DNA from: a virus
Lineage: Duplodnaviria > Caudoviricetes
Virus record (IMG/VR): IMGVR_UViG_3300021431_004524
Span: 96,001-160,000 of that record
Length of the DNA stretch: 64,000 nt
Reading direction: 5' to 3' (one strand)
Shown here: in pieces, positions 57,862 to 64,000 of the stretch
How the letters are laid out: every line of letters starts with the position of its first letter
Position numbering within the stretch: the stretch's first letter is position 1
Translations under genes and position numbers: made by a program
The notes under the pieces: model-generated
Database searches by the model: none
Seen by the model: only the letters and a program-made list of their open reading frames with translations
What the model was told of the DNA's origin: nothing

Positions 57862-58428
57862 ATGGCAAAGGTTACTATTACATTTACAGAGGAACATATC
57901 AAGTTGATAAGGTGTCTTAGGTTTAAACAGATTGAAATAAGACATGAGAAGTCAGAACTTGGGAAGTATACCAATTACATACGCAAGAAACTTGATGCGA
58001 TTAACGGAACAATTGAAATAGGTGAGGAAATCCATGACATCTCAACTAAGTTGGATGCAATAGACAGGATTTCGGCAATTTCAAAGGCTTATGCGGCAGA
58101 GGATGTTGACAAGTATTATGGAATTGATACGTATGACCTGTTCAATTGCGACTATTGGTATGACCAAATGGCACATATTGTCGGATTGTCAGACAAGGTG
58201 ATACCGGGGACTGAAGAGGATACAAACGGTCCGAAATACCCCGAAGAGGTTATTAAACATCTTATGGAATTGGATGATTTCCTTGTAACTAACATCGTGA
58301 GTATCGAGGATATTATCCACCAATTCTGTAACAGGGGCGGTATAGAAGCCGGTGTTACATATGTATCATATGACTATGAAGGCATATGGTATAAGGAAGA
58401 GGATTGGAAGAAAATAGGTAGAAGATAG
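57862..58428 (+). CDS. hypothetical protein
   Basis: 188 aa ORF. Confidence 0.55.
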   Translation: MAKVTITFTEEHIKLIRCLRFKQIEIRHEKSELGKYTNYIRKKLDAINGTIEIGEEIHDISTKLDAIDRISAISKAYAAEDVDKYYGIDTYDLFNCDYWYDQMAHIVGLSDKVIPGTEEDTNGPKYPEEVIKHLMELDDFLVTNIVSIEDIIHQFCNRGGIEAGVTYVSYDYEGIWYKEEDWKKIGRR

Positions 58429-58458
58429 TTTATTTTTAATTTTTATATTTATAATAAT

Positions 58459-58497
58459 AAGGAGTGACGCTATTCACATAGAATCACTCCTTTTTTT
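58459..58497 (+). terminator. intrinsic terminator
   Basis: AAGGAGTGA...TCACTCCTT followed by T run. Confidence 0.7.
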
Positions 58498-58587
58498 GAC
58501 TATATATACTAAACTTTAATTAAAATTACGAGTACTCGTTAAATAATTTTGCCTAAGTTTATAAAATTGAAGAATCAAGTAAATTCT

Positions 58588-59634
58588 TTACGTATGCACA
58601 CCACGCACAAGAAGACCAAGGCGGCGGAGTGGGTCGTACATAAATGCCCCCTCCTCATAGGTGACAGTCAAGCCGTAGGCTTTGGTACTATTGTAAGGCG
58701 TAGAACTCCAATAGTTGCATTCAATACCTTTTTTGGAACCACCGCTGTAGTTGCCACCAGCAGGTAAAAACAACATATTTCCGCTCGAATTGAAAACGCT
58801 TCCGTTCACTCCATTGTAAGACACCAAATAATCGTAGCTTAGAGCGGAAAGTTCACTTTTTGTTGGCATTCTCCATCCTTCGCCCATTACTTGTGTTGCA
58901 GTATCATAACTTGATGGTAGTGGGTTTTCAGTACCTGTATAGTATTGGTCTTCATTCTTATAGGTTGTAGAACCAGCTCCCCATTGATAATAGTTTCCAT
59001 AGTCTTGAACTGAGTTTGCTCCAACGTTCTTGATTGCCCAATTAACTCCTTCTATAGATACATAGCTTCTGCTATGATAGTCACTTGGGAGTTGGATAAT
59101 CACTAATGTAGTACTTTGACTTCCACCATTAACAGTTATATTGGCAGTTCTAGCCGTGCTACCACTATTATTACTTGATGCAGTTACGTTTATCTTACCG
59201 CTTGAATAAGTAACAGTAGCCCAAGATGGTACATTACTGAAGGTTACATTACCGCAATCAATACTACCACGACTTCCGCTAGTTCCGTCAAGCAAAATAC
59301 CTCCATAACCTAGTTGTAATGGTTTTGCATATTGTCTAATATTGAGAGTTATTGTTTTATTGCTATCATTTTGTTTTAGTACTACGTTTCCACTTCTTTC
59401 GTAGTATGTTGAATTGGCACTGTATCTAATAGTAACTCTAGTTGCCGCAGTTGTTACACCTGTTACCACTGTTCCATCATAAGAAACTACTGAATATCCT
59501 ATGTTAGTGCCGTTTGCAGTTGATGTTATATATACGTTAGTGGAACTGCTACTATAACTTACACTGACAGATGTTGATTGTGCGCTGAACACATACTCAA
59601 TACTGTCTCCACCTAATAAATTTCTTCTTCTCAT
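58588..59634 (-). CDS. BACON repeats + C-terminal lectin-fold domain, probable DGR target adhesin
   Basis: two BACON-like repeats; WAIKNVGA, GNYYQWG, WRMPTKSEL, LFLPAGG, YWSST...VRGV. Confidence 0.7.
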   Translation of the reverse strand: MRRRNLLGGDSIEYVFSAQSTSVSVSYSSSSTNVYITSTANGTNIGYSVVSYDGTVVTGVTTAATRVTIRYSANSTYYERSGNVVLKQNDSNKTITLNIRQYAKPLQLGYGGILLDGTSGSRGSIDCGNVTFSNVPSWATVTYSSGKINVTASSNNSGSTARTANITVNGGSQSTTLVIIQLPSDYHSRSYVSIEGVNWAIKNVGANSVQDYGNYYQWGAGSTTYKNEDQYYTGTENPLPSSYDTATQVMGEGWRMPTKSELSALSYDYLVSYNGVNGSVFNSSGNMLFLPAGGNYSGGSKKGIECNYWSSTPYNSTKAYGLTVTYEEGAFMYDPLRRLGLLVRGVHT

Positions 59635-59764
59635 TTTGTTTAGTTATTTGCTAATTATTAGCAAATAACTCTTAAAAAGAAGAGAAAATTTCATAAAAAT
59701 ATTTTGTTAATCTGGTTAAAAGTAGTATATTTGCATCGAATTTTATAGTAATTAACAGAATTTG

Positions 59765-60541
59765 ATGAAATATTTGTTTAGTAAGGAAGAATGTATTAAT
59801 GCGAAATCTATATTAGGTAAGAGTGGTGCAATAAGTACGATTTGGCGTGATTATTTTGCGCCGAGTAATAGAATAGGGAACTGTACTAATTTATATAGGC
59901 TATTAAAACCTGACAGTTGTGAGGATTTTTTTGATAAGTACATAAAATATGCAAGTTCGCATAAGGATTTGCCTATTTCCAAGCGAGGATTAGATGAAAC
60001 TGAACTACTTCTTTTGGCCGAAAAGTACAGAAATTTGGTTCAAAAGAAAACGGGAATAACAAATGATTTATTAACATATTATTATGATGCATTATGTCAT
60101 ATCATCGTAGAAACATGGGATGGACAACAGAATGAGAGGGATTTCATTAAGTTTTTGACTAATTTAGGGTACAGTTGTTCAAAGTTTGATGGTAAGATAG
60201 ATGCTGAATATGGTGTTGACATTAAGGTGACACGTGATGATGGCAGGGTATCTGCAATTCAGATTAAACCCATTTCATTTTTCAAGTCAAACAGGAGTGA
60301 TGTACAGTCTGATAGGATAAACCTTTGTAAGAAATACGAAGAGGCTTATAAGAATTTAGGCTTTAAGACATATTATGCGATATATGTAAGGGATAAGGCT
60401 ACTGGTGAAATAACTTGGGTCAAGAACGGTAATGGCTATAGGTTTAGGATAAACGAGTTATTCAATTATGACCCAAGTGACATAAGAGGTACGTTTACGA
60501 GGCTTGCATTACCTGAAGTATATGAAAAATTACCTATTTAA
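59765..60541 (+). CDS. PD-(D/E)xK restriction endonuclease-like protein (MjaI-like)
   Basis: DAEYGVDIKV...SAIQIKP. Confidence 0.55.
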   Translation: MKYLFSKEECINAKSILGKSGAISTIWRDYFAPSNRIGNCTNLYRLLKPDSCEDFFDKYIKYASSHKDLPISKRGLDETELLLLAEKYRNLVQKKTGITNDLLTYYYDALCHIIVETWDGQQNERDFIKFLTNLGYSCSKFDGKIDAEYGVDIKVTRDDGRVSAIQIKPISFFKSNRSDVQSDRINLCKKYEEAYKNLGFKTYYAIYVRDKATGEITWVKNGNGYRFRINELFNYDPSDIRGTFTRLALPEVYEKLPI

Positions 60542-60610
60542 CTTTTTTTAACTGATAATATTTTGTATTATCAATTTTTTGTTATATCTTTGCAAAGAAA
60601 ATTAAAATAT

Positions 60611-60820
60611 ATGATTTATACCTTAAATGAATATAAAGAAGCTGCAATAGTGGCTGAACGATGGGAATTTGCTAAGAGATATGCGATAGCTGATGAGGAT
60701 ACGGCCAAAAGAATTCTTGAAATACATCGGAAATTTGAAGAGAATATTGAGAATAATGATTTTCTTGAACTATTATATGAGGATTATTTAAGAATGGAAG
60801 GTTTAAGATATGACCGTTAA
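60611..60820 (+). CDS. hypothetical protein
   Basis: ATG 60611 after host-type promoter. Confidence 0.5.
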   Translation: MIYTLNEYKEAAIVAERWEFAKRYAIADEDTAKRILEIHRKFEENIENNDFLELLYEDYLRMEGLRYDR

Positions 60821-61388
60821 GATTGATGTAGATGGCGTGATAAGGGATATTATCACAGCAATGTGTCAGATTTATAATGATAAGTTTGGCGGTAAACTAT
60901 GCCCTGATGATATAGATGACTATGACATTAATACGAATTTCGTAGAGATACCTAAGAGAACCGGTATGACTCCCGTTGATTATTTTTTTAGGGAACATGC
61001 AGATTTGATATTCGAATATGTCAGTCAGCCGTTTGAAGGTGTCAAGGAGAGTATTGATGAATTAAGGAACAACGGGCATAAGGTCGTTATTGTTACATGG
61101 CAGTTCAATTTGGATAATATTATGCACACGCTTAGGTTTCTTGATATGCATTGTATAAAATACGATGATATTTGTTTCACAAAGGATAAGTGGATGATAA
61201 AGGGTGATTATCTAATTGATGACAATCCTGAGTTCATTATGGATAAGAGGGATAAATCAAAGAAAATAATCGTTGATACCCCGTATAATCGGAATGTCTC
61301 AAAGAAGTATAAGAGGGTTAATTCCTTGAAAGATGCTATAGTATACATTATTAATAATAATAGGGAAGAAAATAAGGAAGCCGCATGA
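60810..61388 (+). CDS. HAD-family 5'(3')-deoxyribonucleotidase
   Basis: IDVDGVIRD, IVT, K, LIDDNP, PYNR. Confidence 0.85.
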   Translation: MTVKIDVDGVIRDIITAMCQIYNDKFGGKLCPDDIDDYDINTNFVEIPKRTGMTPVDYFFREHADLIFEYVSQPFEGVKESIDELRNNGHKVVIVTWQFNLDNIMHTLRFLDMHCIKYDDICFTKDKWMIKGDYLIDDNPEFIMDKRDKSKKIIVDTPYNRNVSKKYKRVNSLKDAIVYIINNNREENKEAA

Positions 61389-61627
61389 AGAAGTTTATTT
61401 TATTTATTTTCAGTTTATTTTTGCTGTTATCTTGTGGTAATGAGATAGGGACGGTAAAAATATCGCCGGGTGATAAAAGAGCGACTTATACCAAAGATTA
61501 TATTGTAATTGAGGAATGTACCGGTTTAAACGGTTTTAATATGCCGTTTTGGGAACAGAGGGAAATTTTGAATAGAAATCAGAATGATACAATCATAGTA
61601 ATTTTGAATAACAATGGAAAAAAGTAA
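61385..61627 (+). CDS. putative lipoprotein
   Basis: MKK + hydrophobic stretch + LLSC lipobox. Confidence 0.65.
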   Translation: MKKFILFIFSLFLLLSCGNEIGTVKISPGDKRATYTKDYIVIEECTGLNGFNMPFWEQREILNRNQNDTIIVILNNNGKK

Positions 61628-62111
61628 GATTTACATTGTAATGGAGTCCACCGGACAGTATGAGGACAGTTTTGAGAGTCCGTATAAGGCTTTTACAAGC
61701 AAAGAGAAGGCTGATGCTTGTGTTGATAAACTGAAAGCATATTATGACGATTTGATGGACAGATACAGTCAGATTGATTTTGATGTTCAAGAGAAACTGA
61801 ATGATTTGTTTGACCGGTATTTACAGGACACCAATAATGAACTGTTTGTGGCATATAAGAAGGCTATGACAGAAACAGTGGACAGTATTCCTGAGGTTGA
61901 GTTCGATTGGGATTTGTATCATGACATCGAGGATGACTTCAAGGAGAATGAGGAATTAGTAAACAAGTATGCTGATATATGTGGATTGTCTGATAAGGAA
62001 CGTAAGGCAATAAGTGCATATCAGGAATATTCGGAACAGATGGATTGTGACGGTTCTTTACCGTATTTCTATGTAAGTAATCACGTATTGGATTTAGATG
62101 ATGAAGATTAA
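61614..62111 (+). CDS. hypothetical protein
   Basis: 165 aa acidic ORF. Confidence 0.55.
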   Translation: MEKSKIYIVMESTGQYEDSFESPYKAFTSKEKADACVDKLKAYYDDLMDRYSQIDFDVQEKLNDLFDRYLQDTNNELFVAYKKAMTETVDSIPEVEFDWDLYHDIEDDFKENEELVNKYADICGLSDKERKAISAYQEYSEQMDCDGSLPYFYVSNHVLDLDDED

Positions 62112-62301
62112 GTTTGATATATTAGGTAAGATTGCTGAAAAAACTATTGGATTTGATTTAGGTGAAGGTGTTAAAGCAATGACACCGGAAGAATCTGAAG
62201 AATGGCACAAGAAACATTCTTATAGAAAAAAGAATGGTGATTTGGTAATTACTCCTTATGAAATTTCTGAAGAACAAAAGAAAATATTAGAAAACACGTA
62301 A
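62098..62301 (+). CDS. hypothetical protein
   Basis: 67 aa coupled ORF. Confidence 0.5.
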   Translation: MMKIKFDILGKIAEKTIGFDLGEGVKAMTPEESEEWHKKHSYRKKNGDLVITPYEISEEQKKILENT

Positions 62302-62302
62302 T

Positions 62303-62659
62303 ATGCCAAGGTATAAGTTGTCAAATGCCCTCAGAAGCAGCCGAATAAAGGAGTTTAAGACAGATAAGTCCGCATGGAACACTTTGCGTAAGGACATGCT
62401 GTTTAAAGAAGAAGATGGAACTGTTTCCGGATGTTATATTTGGCTGTGGAAAGAGATTGAGGTGGAATACCCAATTAATAATGAGGAAGTTTATGTAGAA
62501 ATGCATAACAAGAAATACGGTCCTCGCCCTTATGGATATGGTCCTGATAATGCTAAATTATTAAAGGTGGGTGAACTTAGTAAATCAACTGTTTGGATTC
62601 CTGTTCTTGAAGGAATTACGACACATCCTTATAAAGTAAATAAAAAGGTAAGAAAATGA
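62303..62659 (+). CDS. hypothetical protein
   Basis: 118 aa coupled ORF. Confidence 0.5.
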   Translation: MPRYKLSNALRSSRIKEFKTDKSAWNTLRKDMLFKEEDGTVSGCYIWLWKEIEVEYPINNEEVYVEMHNKKYGPRPYGYGPDNAKLLKVGELSKSTVWIPVLEGITTHPYKVNKKVRK

Positions 62660-62850
62660 CAGGATATAAGATACATTATGGTGAATATGGCCATGATTGT
62701 TGGGGAGCCAGTGAATGGTTTGGGTGGTATGATTATGATAATGTAGTATACCTTAAGCATGAAAAGGCTGAAAAGGTAATGGAAGATGCAAAAAGGCAAT
62801 TTCCTGATAGAAGTTTTGAAATTTATGAAATCAAAATTGATGAAGAGTAA
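62656..62850 (+). CDS. hypothetical protein
   Basis: 64 aa coupled ORF. Confidence 0.5.
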   Translation: MTGYKIHYGEYGHDCWGASEWFGWYDYDNVVYLKHEKAEKVMEDAKRQFPDRSFEIYEIKIDEE

Positions 62851-62905
62851 AAAATGAGGATTGCCTGTGTTCGTTTTATGCAAATGTAAATTATTAATGT
62901 AAAAT

Positions 62906-63667
62906 ATGAGATATTGCGGAAGTAAAAGGCGTTTCATGAAAGAGTTGAAACCAATTCTTGAAGAACATTTAAAGAACAAGAAACAGTTGTTTATAGATGC
63001 TTTTGGTGGTGGAATGAACGTTGTTTGTGAGATTGATTGGTCACATAAATGGGCAATTGAATTAAACAAGTATGTTTGTGCTTTATGGAGGTATCTTCAA
63101 ATATACGGTGCTAATGGTATTCTTGAGAAGTATGCTTCAATGACAGAAGATGAATATTATAGTATTAAACAGGACTATATCAATAAAGGCGGTGTATATC
63201 CTGATTGGTTGATTGGCTTTGCCGGTACATGTGCGTCTTATGGTGGTGCTTGGTTTGGCGGCTATGCACATTTTAATCCGAAGAAGAATGAAGACCATAT
63301 AAAGGAGGCTTTCAATGGACTTAGAAAACAAGTTAATTCATTTAAACATTTTGAAGAGACACAGTTTTTCAATTGGTCATATGAACTGATTTCCACTGTT
63401 GTAATTCCTTCCAAATCGGTTATCTACTGTGACCCGCCATATGAGTCTACAAAGAAATATGAGAGCGATTTCGACCATGCGAAGTTTTGGGATTGGGTAA
63501 GAAAGATGTCCAAAGCGGGATATTATGTATATGTATCTGAATACACAGCACCGGATGATTTCAAGTGTATTTGGGAGAAAAAGAAGAAAGATGGTATGGC
63601 AACTACCAAGAAAGGTAAGAAGCAGAATACCAAGACTGAGAAATTATTCGTATATAACGGAAAATAA
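62906..63667 (+). CDS. Dam-family DNA adenine methyltransferase
   Basis: RYCGSK, DAFGGGMN, YCDPPY. Confidence 0.88.
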   Translation: MRYCGSKRRFMKELKPILEEHLKNKKQLFIDAFGGGMNVVCEIDWSHKWAIELNKYVCALWRYLQIYGANGILEKYASMTEDEYYSIKQDYINKGGVYPDWLIGFAGTCASYGGAWFGGYAHFNPKKNEDHIKEAFNGLRKQVNSFKHFEETQFFNWSYELISTVVIPSKSVIYCDPPYESTKKYESDFDHAKFWDWVRKMSKAGYYVYVSEYTAPDDFKCIWEKKKKDGMATTKKGKKQNTKTEKLFVYNGK

Positions 63668-63668
63668 T

Positions 63669-63881
63669 ATGTATAAGAGATTTAGATTTGTAAAGCCTTA
63701 CCGTAGTTTTGACGGTACTATTGGAACGGGTAATGAATTGACAGTTATGAACGGAACCATTTATTATAATGGTGGTATGTTACAGCCGGGTTTCTATGAT
63801 GAGTTCAAGGAATTGATTCAGAAGGAAATGAAGAAGCCACATTATTTGAAACAAGTTCCAATTCCATATAATAAAGTATAA
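63669..63881 (+). CDS. hypothetical protein
   Basis: ATG 63669 just after upstream stop. Confidence 0.5.
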   Translation: MYKRFRFVKPYRSFDGTIGTGNELTVMNGTIYYNGGMLQPGFYDEFKELIQKEMKKPHYLKQVPIPYNKV

Positions 63882-64000
63882 TTGCTATGTATGAGTGGTT
63901 TAACGATTGGGTAACTAATCGGAATAATAGTGAAAAGAAAAGTATTATTGTAGTTAATAGGCGTGCATTTCCTATTATAGTGGATTTGACAAAGGATTGC

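Overview
AT-rich window from a jumbo phage of Bacteroidota. Host is inferred from many TTTG-N20-TAnnTTTG promoters, a Bacteroides-type tmRNA tag and BACON domains; genetic code is standard. Layout: virion-like genes (0.2-11.7 kb); replication/repair genes and a sigma factor (11.7-18.2 kb); probable head proteins and a lysis cassette (18.2-23.4 kb); DNA methyltransferases and ClpP (26-37 kb); a 15-kb RNA island (33.5-48.1 kb); then NadE, Hsp20-DnaK-DnaJ, NUDIX, a macro-like protein, IF-3, a second sigma, a probable DGR target and a restriction-like nuclease (48-64 kb). The RNA island holds about 24 tRNAs, tmRNA, a Ro60/TROVE gene, an RNA ligase, an HNH nuclease and three striking systems. (1) Five tRNAs carry a family of 78-84 nt anticodon-loop inserts, each a small hairpin plus a nested mini-tRNA with a constant 13-bp acceptor/T stack ending in C. 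(2) One conserved Y-RNA-like module occurs six times, once empty and otherwise grafted onto tRNA bodies at the anticodon loop, variable loop, D loop or acceptor end. (3) An intact TnpB with an omegaRNA-like tail is directly followed by a 36-nt-repeat CRISPR array. All structures were read by eye; no searches or folding programs were run.
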